Assembly: GCA_010029945.1 (NCBI GenBank)
Contig: RGQW01000001.1
Coordinates: forward strand, 1-54,255
Direction: 5' to 3'
DNA: 54,255 bases
Source of the DNA: Actinomycetota bacterium
Lineage (GTDB): Bacteria; Actinomycetota; Actinomycetes; S36-B12
The translations under genes and the position numbers were made by a program. Shown here in pieces: positions 29,649-41,857 of this stretch. The notes under the pieces are model-generated. The model had not been told where the DNA came from and made no database searches. It was given only the letters and a program-made list of their open reading frames with translations. Each line of letters starts with the position of its first letter. The first letter of the stretch is position 1.

Positions 29649-30478
29649 CAGGTTCTACATTCTTCTGCGATGGCAATCGCTGCTGCTCGTGGGTCTGGCT
29701 CTCCCGTGATGGGCCGCCCGATGACGAGGAGATCCGATCCATCGGCGAGCGCTTGCGCCGGTGTCGATGCGCGGCGCTGATCGTGCGCGCTCGCCCCCAC
29801 CGGTCTGATTCCCGGGGTGATGAGGTGGACCTCCGATGGAACGATCGATCGCAGCCGGGTCACCTCATGGGGCGAGCAGACCAGCGCCCTGGCGCCAGCG
29901 TCGACCGCAGTGGCTGCCCATCGAGCGACGATGTCCGAAGGCGAACCAGAGATTCCCAATTCTCGAGCAGATGCCTGATCCAAACTCGTCAAGAGAGTCA
30001 CCGCCGTCACCCGGGTGTCCGGTAGCGCCTCGACGGCCGCGCGCACCATCTGCGGACCTCCCGAAGCATGCACCGTCAGATACGTCGGTGCGAGCGGCGC
30101 GACAGCTCGGGCGGCCCCGGCAACGGTTGCCGGTATGTCGTGCAACTTCAGATCCAAGAAGATCGAGATGTGCGGGTGATCGGCATCCCGCGCAGCATCC
30201 CGGGCGGCGAGAACACTGCGATGACCATCCCGACAGAAGGCTTCCAATCCAACCTTGAGGCATCGGACATGCGGCGCGACGCTAGCGGCCCAGGAGGTCA
30301 GCGTTGAAATATCGGGCGCATCGAGGGCGACCGCGATGGGCGCGAAAGACCGATCTGGTTGTTCGGTGCTCTGCGTCGGATTACTCGGTGATGAAATCCC
30401 AATCCTCCAGTGAGCTCGTTTCCTGCGGTGCTGGTGTGGCGTGCTGCGCGCTCGCAGGCGAGGGAACGTCGCGGTCAT
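29648..30478 (-). CDS. pyrF: orotidine 5'-phosphate decarboxylase
   Basis: [16 protein letters not shown] and [14 protein letters not shown]. The only canonical in-frame start upstream of the conserved core is ATG 30478, which gives a 98-nt overlap with pyrD. Confidence 0.88.
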   Translation of the reverse strand: MTATFPRLRARSTPHQHRRKRAHWRIGISSPSNPTQSTEQPDRSFAPIAVALDAPDISTLTSWAASVAPHVRCLKVGLEAFCRDGHRSVLAARDAARDADHPHISIFLDLKLHDIPATVAGAARAVAPLAPTYLTVHASGGPQMVRAAVEALPDTRVTAVTLLTSLDQASARELGISGSPSDIVARWAATAVDAGARALVCSPHEVTRLRSIVPSEVHLITPGIRPVGASAHDQRRASTPAQALADGSDLLVIGRPITGEPDPRAAAIAIAEECRT

Positions 30479-31454
30479 CCGCGCGATGCGCGAATCCGAT
30501 CACGTCCTGCACGCGATCGAATCCTCGCGCCCGCACCTCCCGTGCAAGTTCTGTATGGATTCGACGTGGCGCGCTCGGGTCGTGGAACACGGCCGTGCCC
30601 ACCGATACCGCGGTGGCTCCGGCGAGCAGGAATTCCAGGGCATCTCGACCGGATCGGATACCTCCCATTCCGATGATCGGGATGGTGGGAAACGCTTGAT
30701 GCACCTGCCAGACGCAGCGCAGAGCCACCGGTCGGATAGCCGGCCCGGAGAGCCCACCGGTTGTTCCCGCGAGCGTCGGGCGCATGGTGGTCGTGTCGAT
30801 GACCAGGCCAAGCAACGTGTTGATCAAGGACAGGCCCGTGGCGCCTGCACGAATGACGGCGTCGGCAATTTCGACGATGTCTGTTACGTCCGGAGACAAC
30901 TTCGCAAAAATCGGGATCCGGGAATCGGAGCTTCGACGGACCGTTTGCACCACCTGAGCTGCAGACTCCGCTCGACACGCGAAAACTTGGCCACGATCGG
31001 CAACATTGGGGCAGGAGATGTTGACTTCGATGGCGTCAAACCCACCCGTGCTGCGTAACTTGGCGGCTAAACGCCCGTACTCCTCCACTGTTTCACCCGC
31101 GATGGACACGATCGTGCGTGCTCCGCGCTCGTTGAGCCAGGCCAGATCGTTCTCGATGAAGGCATCGATCCCGGGGCCCTGCAGCCCAATCGAATTGAGC
31201 ATGCCGCTCGGAGTCTCGGACATGCGCGGCGTTGCTCGTCCGGCCCGCGGTTTCAGCATGATGCTCTTGGTGACGATCGCACCAAGTTCGGTGATATCGA
31301 AGAAGGCATCCAGCTCTCGACCTGCCGCCGCACATCCGCTCGCCGTCAAGACGGGGCTAGGCAAGCCAATCCCGGCAAGTTCGACGCCGGTGTCGGCGTG
31401 CTCGGTCGGTTGATGGCGGTCTGGGTCACCGCCAGTGACGACAGCTGCGCTCAC
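30381..31454 (-). CDS. pyrD: dihydroorotate dehydrogenase, class 1B catalytic subunit
   Basis: TASGCAAAGREL, the catalytic Cys context EVNISCPNV, and IIGMGGI. GTGA overlap with pyrK. About 35-aa non-conserved C-terminal tail. Confidence 0.9.
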   Translation of the reverse strand: MSAAVVTGGDPDRHQPTEHADTGVELAGIGLPSPVLTASGCAAAGRELDAFFDITELGAIVTKSIMLKPRAGRATPRMSETPSGMLNSIGLQGPGIDAFIENDLAWLNERGARTIVSIAGETVEEYGRLAAKLRSTGGFDAIEVNISCPNVADRGQVFACRAESAAQVVQTVRRSSDSRIPIFAKLSPDVTDIVEIADAVIRAGATGLSLINTLLGLVIDTTTMRPTLAGTTGGLSGPAIRPVALRCVWQVHQAFPTIPIIGMGGIRSGRDALEFLLAGATAVSVGTAVFHDPSAPRRIHTELAREVRARGFDRVQDVIGFAHRADDRDVPSPASAQHATPAPQETSSLEDWDFITE

Positions 31455-32308
31455 GATTCACCCCCGCTATCTGGGGCCCCGATGGCGTCGGCCGGGATGG
31501 TGTTGATGTCTCGCCAGCGCACTCGGTCACCACGAAATACCGGACCTTCGACGCAGGATCGAACCATGCGGGTCGCGCCGTCTGCCCCGATGACCGGGAG
31601 AACACACGTCATGCACACACCGATGCCGCACGCCATCGCCTCTTCCACTGCGCACTCGCTGTACACGCGCTGCTTCGTCGAGATGCGAGCAACTTCGGAC
31701 AACATGGGCATGGGTCCGCACGCGTACACCACATCCGCGCCCGCCCGTTGCAAGACGTTGTCGAGAACGTCAGTGACGGTGCCACGAACACCGCTACTTC
31801 CGTCATCGGTGGTGATCGTCAGCGCAGACGCCAACCGCTTCAACTCCAGCACACCGAACAATCTGTCTTCGGTCGAAGCACCAATGACCATGTCAACGCG
31901 GCAGCCGCGCTCGCGTAGAGCTTGAGCCAACATGAACATTGGTGCGCTGCCGTAGCCGCCACCGACCAGAACACAGGAGACCCCCTGCTTGGGAAGGGAG
32001 AAGGGTTGACCGAGTGGGCCCACGACGTTGAGAACATCGTGACGCCGCCTGCGGGCCAGCCACTCAGTTCCTGTGCCGGCGACGGAGATCGCAATGTCCA
32101 GGGTCCCTCCGTAGACGCCCCGCGAGGCCACTTGGTGAATGGCGAATGCCCGTCGCAGCACCATGCTCGACTCTTCGCCCCCCATGGCGATGGTGACGAA
32201 GTGGCCCGGTTGAGCGCTCTCGGCTATCCCCGGGGCGGTGAGGGAAAGAACGTGGTAATCCCCCACTCGACGGTTGTCCAGAACTTCGGATTTGATCTGC
32301 TGCACCAT
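31451..32308 (-). CDS. pyrK: dihydroorotate dehydrogenase electron transfer subunit
   Basis: Ferredoxin-reductase-like fold plus a C-terminal 2Fe-2S Cys cluster ACGIGVCMTCV...SCVEGP. Confidence 0.88.
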   Translation of the reverse strand: MVQQIKSEVLDNRRVGDYHVLSLTAPGIAESAQPGHFVTIAMGGEESSMVLRRAFAIHQVASRGVYGGTLDIAISVAGTGTEWLARRRRHDVLNVVGPLGQPFSLPKQGVSCVLVGGGYGSAPMFMLAQALRERGCRVDMVIGASTEDRLFGVLELKRLASALTITTDDGSSGVRGTVTDVLDNVLQRAGADVVYACGPMPMLSEVARISTKQRVYSECAVEEAMACGIGVCMTCVLPVIGADGATRMVRSCVEGPVFRGDRVRWRDINTIPADAIGAPDSGGES

Positions 32309-35300
32309 CAGATCTCTCCTTGTTCCTGCGATTGCTCTGGCAACTGCTCACGCAAGTGAGCCAAGTGTGCGCCGTGCTCTTGCAGCGATCGGACATTCGG
32401 CTCACCGGAGACAAGCGCATCGATACCTTGAACCGCCGCACTCAGTCCCTGCACAGTGGTTACGCAGGGAATTCCTTTGGTCACAGCAGCCGTCCGAATC
32501 TCATAGCCGTCAACGCGGGGTCCGACTCCGTAGGGAGTGTTCACGATTAGGTCGATATCTCCGGCCATGATCGCATCGACGGTGGTGGGAGTGCCATCCT
32601 TTCCGCGACCTTCGTGCTGTTTGCGCAGAACGTCCACGGGCACACCGTTGCGGCGCAGTATCTCCGCGGTGCCTTGAGTGGCGAAGATCGCGAACCCCAG
32701 GTCGGCCAGGCGCTTGATGGGAAAGACCGACGCCCGCTTGTCGCGGTTAGCCAGCGAGACGAAGGCGGCACCACGCGTGGGGAGGCCACCGGCGTAGGCC
32801 GCCTGCTGCGACTTCGCGAACGCGACCCCGAAGGAATCGTCGATGCCCATGACTTCTCCCGTCGAGCGCATCTCGGGTCCGAGAACCGCATCGACTCCGT
32901 GGAATCGTCCGAAGGGCAGGACGGCTTCCTTGACAGAAATGGCACTGCCCGGGGGCAGGGCACCTCCATCACCCTCACGGGGAAGCAGGCCCTCGTCGCG
33001 AAGTTCCTTGATCGACGAACCCGCCATGATTCGAGCCGCTGCCTTCGCCACCGGAACACCGGTGGCTTTGGAGACAAACGGCACCGTTCGAGATGCCCGG
33101 GGGTTGGCCTCTAGGACGTAGAGCGTGTCCTGGGCGAGAGCGAACTGCACGTTCAACAGGCCCCGCACCCCCACGCCTTGCGCGATGGCACGTGTCGACG
33201 TCCGGATGCGGTCGATGTCCGATTCCCCGAGGGTCATGGGTGGTAGAGCACATGCAGAGTCACCCGAGTGGATGCCCGCCTCTTCGATGTGCTCCATGAC
33301 CCCGGCGAGATACATGTCGTGGCCATCGAAGAGCGCATCAACATCGATTTCTATCGCGTCGTCAAGGAAGCGGTCTACCAGCACCGGGTGCTCACGGGTC
33401 ACCTCAGTGGACCGCTGCAGGTAACTCTCGAGCATCGCATCGTCGTACACGATCTCCATTCCTCGCCCGCCGAGTACATAACTCGGGCGAACGAGCACGG
33501 GATAACCGACGCGAGCTGCGATAGCCGCCGCCTCGTCGAACGATCGCGCCGTTCCGTGGTCGGGAGCCGGCAAGCCAGCGTCCGCCAGCACGCGGCCGAA
33601 GGCTCCTCGCTCTTCGGCGAGATGGATGGCGGCCGGTGAGGTGCCCACAATCGGGACGCCTGCATCTTCGAGGCGTTGCGCCAGTCCGAGTGGTGTTTGG
33701 CCACCGAGCTGCACGATGACGCCCACGACGGATCCTTGTCGCTGCTCGGCATTGACAACTTCCAAGACGTCTTCGCACGTCAAAGGTTCGAAATAGAGAC
33801 GATCGGAGGTGTCGTAGTCCGTGGAGACGGTTTCCGGGTTGCAATTGATCATGATCGTTTCGAAACCGGCGTCAGAGAGCGCCATTGCAGCATGGACGCA
33901 CGAGTAGTCGAACTCGATGCCTTGACCGATGCGATTAGGGCCGGATCCGAGGATGATCACTTTCTCGCGGCCTGATGGCTGCAACTCATCTTCCTCGTCA
34001 TAGGAGGAGTAGTGGTAGGGAGTCATCGCTTCAAACTCCGCCGCGCACGTGTCGACCGTCTTGAAGACCGGACGGATCCCCCAGGCGTGTCTGATCTCAC
34101 GGACCTCTTCTTCACTCAGGCCCCTCAATTGCGCGACTTGACCGTCGGAGAATCCCTCCCGCTTGGCCATGACGAGGAGTTCGCGATCCAGAGATTCAGC
34201 GGATGCGAGGGCGTCGGCGATCTCGTTGATCTGACATATGTGGTCGAGGAACCACGGATCGATGCCGGTTGCCTCGTACACCGCATCGATGCTCGCCCCG
34301 GCCCACAGCCCCTGCTGCACCAGAGCCAAACGTCCATCGTGGGGTCGCTGCATTCGTTCCAGGACATCCGCCACGTCGATTGCGTCGCGCGCGGTTTCCC
34401 AGGAAAAGACAGCTGACGGCCGCTCCATCGAACGCAGGGCCTTGTTCAACGCCTCCCCAAAATTACGACCGATGGCCATCGCCTCGCCAACACTCTTCAT
34501 CGTGGTGGTCAAGGTGGTATCCGCTCCGGGGAATTTCTCGAAGGCAAAGCGTGGGACCTTCACGACGACGTAGTCGAGCGTCGGCTCGAACGATGCCGGT
34601 GTCTGCTGCGTGATGTCGTTGGGAATCTCGTCGAGTGTGTAACCGATCGCGAGACGTGCCGCGATCTTGGCGATGGGGAAGCCGGTCGCCTTCGATGCCA
34701 GGGCTGACGAGCGCGACACACGAGGGTTCATCTCGATGACGATCATGCGTCCGTCGGCCGGGTTGATGGCGAATTGAATGTTGCATCCGCCGGTGTCCAC
34801 GCCGACTGCTCGGATGATCTTGATGCCCACGTCTCGCATGTGCTGGTACTCACGATCAGTGAGGGTCAGGCAGGGAGCAACCGTTATCGAGTCTCCGGTG
34901 TGCACTCCCATGGGGTCGACGTTCTCGATAGAACAGACCACCACCACGTTGTCGTTCTTGTCGCGCATCAGCTCGAGCTCGTATTCCTTCCAGCCGATGA
35001 TGGACTCCTCGAGCAGCACCTCGGTTGTCGGGCTGGCCTGCAAGCCGGCGCCGGCAATTCGTTCCAGATCGGCCTCGTCATACGCAATACCCGATCCGGC
35101 GCCACCCATCGTGAACGACGGGCGAACGACGACGGGATAACCCAGTTCGCTCGTTGCCTCAACGCACTGCTCCATCGTGTGGCAGATGATGGAGCGGGCA
35201 CTCGATCCGCCAATGGACTCCACGATCGACCGGAACTTCTCACGATTCTCGCCGCGCTCGATGGCGTCGACGTCCGCACCGATCAACTCCACTCCGTACC

Positions 35301-35628
35301 GTTCGAGAACACCGGACGCGTGCAGGGCGATGGCGGTATTCAGCGCGGTCTGACCACCGAGGGTGGCCAGCAAGGCATCGGGGCGCTCTTTCGCAATGAT
35401 GCGCTCGACGTATTCGGGCGTGATGGGCTCAACGTAGGTGGCGTCGGCGAACTCAGGGTCCGTCATGATCGTCGCGGGGTTGGAGTTGACCAGGACCACA
35501 CGCAGACCCTCGTCCCGAAGCACTCTGCAGGCCTGCGTGCCCGAGTAATCGAATTCGCACGCCTGCCCGATAACGATCGGTCCAGAACCGATAACCATCA
35601 CGGATTCAATGTCGGATCTGCGTGGCAT
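32308..35628 (-). CDS. carB: carbamoyl-phosphate synthase large subunit
   Basis: 1106 aa. [33 protein letters not shown], with duplicated ATP-grasp halves. Confidence 0.97.
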   Translation of the reverse strand: MPRRSDIESVMVIGSGPIVIGQACEFDYSGTQACRVLRDEGLRVVLVNSNPATIMTDPEFADATYVEPITPEYVERIIAKERPDALLATLGGQTALNTAIALHASGVLERYGVELIGADVDAIERGENREKFRSIVESIGGSSARSIICHTMEQCVEATSELGYPVVVRPSFTMGGAGSGIAYDEADLERIAGAGLQASPTTEVLLEESIIGWKEYELELMRDKNDNVVVVCSIENVDPMGVHTGDSITVAPCLTLTDREYQHMRDVGIKIIRAVGVDTGGCNIQFAINPADGRMIVIEMNPRVSRSSALASKATGFPIAKIAARLAIGYTLDEIPNDITQQTPASFEPTLDYVVVKVPRFAFEKFPGADTTLTTTMKSVGEAMAIGRNFGEALNKALRSMERPSAVFSWETARDAIDVADVLERMQRPHDGRLALVQQGLWAGASIDAVYEATGIDPWFLDHICQINEIADALASAESLDRELLVMAKREGFSDGQVAQLRGLSEEEVREIRHAWGIRPVFKTVDTCAAEFEAMTPYHYSSYDEEDELQPSGREKVIILGSGPNRIGQGIEFDYSCVHAAMALSDAGFETIMINCNPETVSTDYDTSDRLYFEPLTCEDVLEVVNAEQRQGSVVGVIVQLGGQTPLGLAQRLEDAGVPIVGTSPAAIHLAEERGAFGRVLADAGLPAPDHGTARSFDEAAAIAARVGYPVLVRPSYVLGGRGMEIVYDDAMLESYLQRSTEVTREHPVLVDRFLDDAIEIDVDALFDGHDMYLAGVMEHIEEAGIHSGDSACALPPMTLGESDIDRIRTSTRAIAQGVGVRGLLNVQFALAQDTLYVLEANPRASRTVPFVSKATGVPVAKAAARIMAGSSIKELRDEGLLPREGDGGALPPGSAISVKEAVLPFGRFHGVDAVLGPEMRSTGEVMGIDDSFGVAFAKSQQAAYAGGLPTRGAAFVSLANRDKRASVFPIKRLADLGFAIFATQGTAEILRRNGVPVDVLRKQHEGRGKDGTPTTVDAIMAGDIDLIVNTPYGVGPRVDGYEIRTAAVTKGIPCVTTVQGLSAAVQGIDALVSGEPNVRSLQEHGAHLAHLREQLPEQSQEQGEI

Positions 35629-36779
35629 CAGGCACCACCATCCCGTCGTCGCGCGATGGCTTCCGCGAAGCGATCGAACAGGTATGCGGCATCGTGAGGA
35701 CCGGCTGCCGCCTCGGGGTGGTACTGCACACTGAAGGCGGATCCATCCACGAGCTCAAGACCCTCGACAACGTTGTCGTTCAAGCACACGTGGGAAACCC
35801 GCGCCGGTCCGAAGGGGCTGTCGAATTCCTCCTCCAGCGGCGCTTGCACAGCGAACCCGTGGTTATGTGCGGTGATCTCCACCTTGCCGGTGGTCAGATC
35901 CTTCACCGGTTGGTTGATGCCGCGGTGACCGAAGCGCAACTTGTAGGTGCCGAGGCCCAGGGCACGTCCAAAGATCTGATTTCCAAAACAGATCCCGAAA
36001 ACCGGAAGACCGGCGTCAAGAGCCTTCGACATCAACCCAACAGCGTGGTCAGCGGTCGCGGGATCCCCCGGGCCATTGGAGAAGAAGATTCCATCGGGTG
36101 TCCGCGCCACGATGTCCTCCCAGGAGGAACTCGAGGGGACAACATCGACGTTCAGGCCGCGTTCGGACAGGCGACGCGGAGTCATCGACTTGATACCCAA
36201 GTCCACGGCGACGACCGTCGCCCATGCATCACCGATGGCCGGCACCGAGTACGCCTGGGCAGTGGTGACGTCGGATGTGAGATCCGCACCGACCATCGAC
36301 GGGCTCGATCGCACCTGCGACAACAGTTCGTCCACCGGACGGCTTGCCGCGGGCCCGCTGAAAATGCCCACACGCATCGCTCCGGCGTCACGCAGGTGAC
36401 GCGTCAACGCCCGAGTATCGATGCCGGAGATTCCCACGACCCCATACGCCTGCAGGTCCTCGTCCAAGGTCCGCTGCGCCCGCCAATTCGACACGATCCG
36501 CGACGGATCCCGCACCACGTATCCGGACACCCAGATGCGTTCAGACTCCGGATCTTCGTCATTCATGCCGGTGTTGCCTACGTGCGGAGCGGTCATCACG
36601 ACCACCTGACGGTGGTAGCTCGGATCCGTCAGCGTTTCCTGATAACCGGTCATACCGGTGGAGAACACCGCTTCCCCGAAGGTCGTTCCGACGGCTCCAA
36701 ACGGTCGACCGTGCATGGCCCGGCCATCTTCCAAGACGAGAACAGCGGGCTCTGTCGCGAGATTTCCGGTGTTACTCAC
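35628..36779 (-). CDS. carA: carbamoyl-phosphate synthase small (glutaminase) subunit
   Basis: Glutamine amidotransferase nucleophile context GICFGNQIF and NHGFAV. Confidence 0.95.
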   Translation of the reverse strand: MSNTGNLATEPAVLVLEDGRAMHGRPFGAVGTTFGEAVFSTGMTGYQETLTDPSYHRQVVVMTAPHVGNTGMNDEDPESERIWVSGYVVRDPSRIVSNWRAQRTLDEDLQAYGVVGISGIDTRALTRHLRDAGAMRVGIFSGPAASRPVDELLSQVRSSPSMVGADLTSDVTTAQAYSVPAIGDAWATVVAVDLGIKSMTPRRLSERGLNVDVVPSSSSWEDIVARTPDGIFFSNGPGDPATADHAVGLMSKALDAGLPVFGICFGNQIFGRALGLGTYKLRFGHRGINQPVKDLTTGKVEITAHNHGFAVQAPLEEEFDSPFGPARVSHVCLNDNVVEGLELVDGSAFSVQYHPEAAAGPHDAAYLFDRFAEAIARRRDGGA

Positions 36780-37512
36780 GGCCGTCTCCTGAAGCGTCCA
36801 ATGAACCGTCTAACGGGCCATCTCCCCGCATACCGTCGAACGCCTCGTGCGCACCGGATTCGGTAACACTCGGTGAGCTCGAAGTCTCCCCACTTCCCGC
36901 CTGCTCCGAGTGCTCCGAGTACTCCGGGTCCTCCGCGCGCTCCGAGGTGTCCCTGTGCTCCGCCATGAGCCCATCCAACAACGCGGCGTGATCGGCGCCG
37001 TCATCTGCCCGGATCCCGGTATCCAGAACATCTTCGGCCAGCATCCATGTCACGACGATGACGCTGTCCTTCCCGCGCACCGTTCCGGCGACCCCACGAT
37101 CGGTTCGCACACCGCGCACTGCCGAAGCGGGAATCAGGAAGGATCGAGCACCGTCACGCCGGATGCCCACACCACCGTCGACGAGGTGGAACGAGGCTCG
37201 ACTCCTGACCCCCAACTCGTGCACGGCAACGCGATCGAGCCAATCGCCAGAGATCGACGTCCCCAGGTACAGGCCCAGAACACCGGACGACGCGGGGGCA
37301 TCAAAGGCCGACGGTTCAGCCATGGAGGAATGTCGCGCCACTCTGCCTTGCCAGCCCCGTCGCATCCCCCACAAGGCGAGCGCGATCAGACCGGCTATCA
37401 GGGCCACCAACGCCAATCGCGCGGGCCAATCGGTCACACTCGCCTGCTCGGTGTACTCCTCGGCGGCCACGACGACGGAGTCGAGTATCGGCATCAGGGT
37501 TCCCTGATTCAT
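36772..37512 (-). CDS. conserved membrane-anchored protein of unknown function embedded in the pyr operon
   Basis: One N-terminal TM segment ([17 protein letters not shown]), a soluble domain and an acidic C-terminal tail. ATGA overlap with the pyrC stop and 8-nt overlap with the carA start. Confidence 0.6.
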   Translation of the reverse strand: MNQGTLMPILDSVVVAAEEYTEQASVTDWPARLALVALIAGLIALALWGMRRGWQGRVARHSSMAEPSAFDAPASSGVLGLYLGTSISGDWLDRVAVHELGVRSRASFHLVDGGVGIRRDGARSFLIPASAVRGVRTDRGVAGTVRGKDSVIVVTWMLAEDVLDTGIRADDGADHAALLDGLMAEHRDTSERAEDPEYSEHSEQAGSGETSSSPSVTESGAHEAFDGMRGDGPLDGSLDASGDGRE

Positions 37513-38819
37513 GCCAGCGCTCCATCGACGACGCTTGGACGTCCACGGAAAAGCACATGCCGAACGGTTCCCGGCATCTGCCGGCCCAGGTACGGGCTGT
37601 TGCCGCTCTTGCCCACCAACGCATCGACCTCAAGCGGGCCCTGCGGTGACGGATCCCAGACCGTGATGTTCGCCGCGGATCCGGGTGCAATCGGCATTCC
37701 TTGATCCGCCACCTGCCCGATGCGCGCTGGGATAGTCGACATGCGGTCCGCAAGGTCCCGCCACGTCAATAGACCGGACTCGATGAACACCTCGACGGCA
37801 ATTCCGAGGGCCGTCTCGAGCCCGACCATGCCCATCGCCGCCGCCGCCCACTCGCAGTCCTTGTCTTCACGCGGGTGCGGGGCATGATCGGTCGCAATGA
37901 TGTCGATCGTGCCTTCAACGACGGCTTCGCGTAACGCGTGGACATCCTCCGCACGCCGGAGCGGAGGGTTGACCTTGTAGATCGGGTCGAAGCTCTCGAC
38001 GAGTTCCTCGGTCAAGAGGAGATGGTGAGGGGTGACCTCGGCCGTGACGGGAATTCCGCGGGTCTTCGCCCATCGGATGACCTCGACCGAACCGGCTGTC
38101 GATACATGGCACACATGCAGCCGTGATCCCACATGCTCGGCCAACAGGACGTCACGAGCGATGATCGCTTCCTCCGCGACTGCAGGCCACCCCGCGAGAC
38201 CAAGGCGAGCGGACAACGCACCTTCGTTCATTTGGGCCGCCTCGGTGAGCCGAGGGTCTTGCGCGTGTTGAGCGACCACGCCATCGAAAGTCTTGACGTA
38301 TTCCAATGCCCGACGCATCAGGAGCGGGTCGTGAACACACAAGCCGTCATCGCTGAACACCCGAACAGATGCAGCGCTCGACGCCATGGCGCCGAGTTCG
38401 GCCAACTGCTCACCCTTCAACCCGACGGTGACAGCACCCACCGGGCGAACGTCCACGATGCCGGCTTCTACTCCCCGACGCCATACCTGCTCGACCACAC
38501 CGGCGGTGTCGGCAACCGGCGAGGTGTTCGCCATCGCGTGCACACAGGTGAAGCCGCCCATCGCCGCCGCCTGAGACCCCGTCGCGATCGTTTCTGCATC
38601 CTCGCGGCCTGGTTCCCGAAGGTGGGTGTGCAGATCCACGAGGCCGGGGATGACCGTGCAGCCGGATGCATCGAGTTCGAGCTCGACGCCCTCAGCAGGC
38701 AGAGCATTGCTACCGGACTGATTCGACGGCGTCATCGCCGTGATGACACCGTCATCGATGACGATGTCGTGTGGATCGAGGCCGTAGGGAGCCCCGCCGC
38801 GAAGGACGACCGCACCCAT
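37509..38819 (-). CDS. pyrC: dihydroorotase
   Basis: Metal-binding VDLHTHLREPG and TDHAPH. Start trimmed to the ATG at 38819, which overlaps the pyrB stop. Confidence 0.93.
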   Translation of the reverse strand: MGAVVLRGGAPYGLDPHDIVIDDGVITAMTPSNQSGSNALPAEGVELELDASGCTVIPGLVDLHTHLREPGREDAETIATGSQAAAMGGFTCVHAMANTSPVADTAGVVEQVWRRGVEAGIVDVRPVGAVTVGLKGEQLAELGAMASSAASVRVFSDDGLCVHDPLLMRRALEYVKTFDGVVAQHAQDPRLTEAAQMNEGALSARLGLAGWPAVAEEAIIARDVLLAEHVGSRLHVCHVSTAGSVEVIRWAKTRGIPVTAEVTPHHLLLTEELVESFDPIYKVNPPLRRAEDVHALREAVVEGTIDIIATDHAPHPREDKDCEWAAAAMGMVGLETALGIAVEVFIESGLLTWRDLADRMSTIPARIGQVADQGMPIAPGSAANITVWDPSPQGPLEVDALVGKSGNSPYLGRQMPGTVRHVLFRGRPSVVDGALA

Positions 38820-39781
38820 CAGTCCCCACCTGCCTGCGAACCAGCGCCACCGAGAAGCAGATACAGGCACGCCATACGTACGTTGACGCCGTTGGCCACC
38901 TGCTCCACGATGACGGCCCGAGAGGAATCGGCGACATCCGCGGAGATTTCCAAGCCACGATTCATCGGGCCGGGGTGCATGACGATGGCACGATCTTTCA
39001 GCAGCTCGAGCCGCGGAGCATCAAGGCCATACAACCTCGAGTACTCCAGGGTAGAGGGGAAGTAGGACCCCGCCATTCGCTCCGCTTGCACCCGGAGCAT
39101 CATCACCGCGTCTGCTTGCATCAGTGCGTCGTCGAGGTGGTAGCTCACCGAGCAGGGCCACGATTCCACACCTACCGGGATCAACGTCGGGGGCGCCACC
39201 AAGGTCACCTCGGCGCCGAGAGTGTGCAGGAGCAACACGTTCGATCGGGCCACGCGGCTGTGCAGAACATCACCCACGATGACCACGTGAACACCCTGCA
39301 AATCCCCCTGTCCCCCACAGATGTGAGAGCGCAACGTGTAGGCGTCCAGGAGAGCCTGGGTGGGATGTTCATGGGTGCCGTCGCCTGCATTGATGACCGA
39401 ACCGTCGATCCACCCTGCGGTGGCCAGACGGTACGGCGCACCCGAGGCGCCATGCCTGACGATGACCGCATCGGCACCCATGGCCTCCAGAGTTAATGCC
39501 GTGTCCTTGAGCGACTCTCCCTTGGAAACAGACGAACCCTTGGCCGAGAAGGTGATCACATCGGCAGACAACCGCTTGGCTGCCAATTCGAAGGACAGTC
39601 GAGTGCGCGTCGAATCCTCGAAAAAAAGATTCACGACCGTGCGACCCCGAAGGGTTGGCAGTTTCTTCACCGAACGCTCCGTTACGGATGCGAGTTCGGC
39701 TGTCGTGTCCAAAATCATCAGCGCCTGGGCTCGATCGAGGTCTCCGGCGGAGAGCAGGTGCTTACCCAGCATCTGCATCAC
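38819..39781 (-). CDS. pyrB: aspartate carbamoyltransferase catalytic subunit
   Basis: [17 protein letters not shown] and HPGPMNRG. The start could be any of three ATGs between 39772 and 39781. Confidence 0.95.
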   Translation of the reverse strand: MMQMLGKHLLSAGDLDRAQALMILDTTAELASVTERSVKKLPTLRGRTVVNLFFEDSTRTRLSFELAAKRLSADVITFSAKGSSVSKGESLKDTALTLEAMGADAVIVRHGASGAPYRLATAGWIDGSVINAGDGTHEHPTQALLDAYTLRSHICGGQGDLQGVHVVIVGDVLHSRVARSNVLLLHTLGAEVTLVAPPTLIPVGVESWPCSVSYHLDDALMQADAVMMLRVQAERMAGSYFPSTLEYSRLYGLDAPRLELLKDRAIVMHPGPMNRGLEISADVADSSRAVIVEQVANGVNVRMACLYLLLGGAGSQAGGD

Positions 39782-40331
39782 CGACCGACTCGCTATCGAT
39801 CATCACGTCGTCTACCCCGTCGATCTCGACGAAACGCACGCGCACCGTCTCGTCCTTGGCTGTGGGCAGGTTCTTTCCGATGAAGTCCGGTCGGATCGGC
39901 AGTTCGCGATGGCCCCGATCGATCATCACTGCTAGCCGCACGATGGCCGGCCGGCCTAGATCATGGACGGCGTCGAGGGCAGCGCGGATGGTTCGCCCCG
40001 AGTACAAGACATCATCGACGAGGACGACCGTGCACCCATCGATTCCCTGTGCCGGGATATCGGTCGGCTCGAGCGCTCGAACTTCCCGTAGTCGCAGATC
40101 GTCGCGATACAACGTGACGTCGAGTGCACCGCAGGGAACAGGATGACCCTCGATCTGTGCCACGGTCTCGGCAATGCGCCGCGCTAGGGGCACGCCTCGG
40201 GTGGGGATTCCAAGAATGATGAGGTCGTCGCTGCCCCGAGAGTTCTCGACGATTTCATGAGAGATGCGTCGAACCGCACGGCTGATGTCAGCCTGGTCGA
40301 GCACCACGCGTGCAGACGACAAGAAAACCAC
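39762..40331 (-). CDS. pyrR: bifunctional pyrimidine operon regulator / uracil phosphoribosyltransferase
   Basis: PRPP-binding motif [18 protein letters not shown] and N-terminal [17 protein letters not shown]. Start is either GTG 40331 or TTG 40322. Confidence 0.92.
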   Translation of the reverse strand: MVFLSSARVVLDQADISRAVRRISHEIVENSRGSDDLIILGIPTRGVPLARRIAETVAQIEGHPVPCGALDVTLYRDDLRLREVRALEPTDIPAQGIDGCTVVLVDDVLYSGRTIRAALDAVHDLGRPAIVRLAVMIDRGHRELPIRPDFIGKNLPTAKDETVRVRFVEIDGVDDVMIDSESVGDADAG

Positions 40332-40335
40332 CTTC

Positions 40336-40353
40336 CCCGCCTCACGGGACGGG
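40336..40353 (-). promoter_or_regulatory. putative PyrR-binding hairpin overlapping the pyrR ribosome-binding site
   Basis: The minus strand reads CCCGUC-CCGUGA-GGCGGG (6-bp stem). The segment GUCCCGUGAGGC resembles the PyrR binding-loop consensus RUCCAGAGAGGYU. The 3' arm runs into GGGGAAGG immediately upstream of the start. Confidence 0.55.
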
Positions 40354-40399
40354 CTTAAAGGAACGAGGCAAACCTATCTCAGAACGGCATCCGCCCGCG

Positions 40400-41833
<1,434 letters not shown>

Positions 41834-41857
41834 GGGGGGAAGCCTAGCCGTAACCGG

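Noticed and set aside
35622-36866. 414-aa ORF on the plus strand, antisense to carA
   Set aside because: It overlaps carA completely, and carA has unmistakable glutaminase motifs. The translation is Arg/Gly/His-rich with no motifs, as expected from a stop-poor antisense frame in high-GC DNA.
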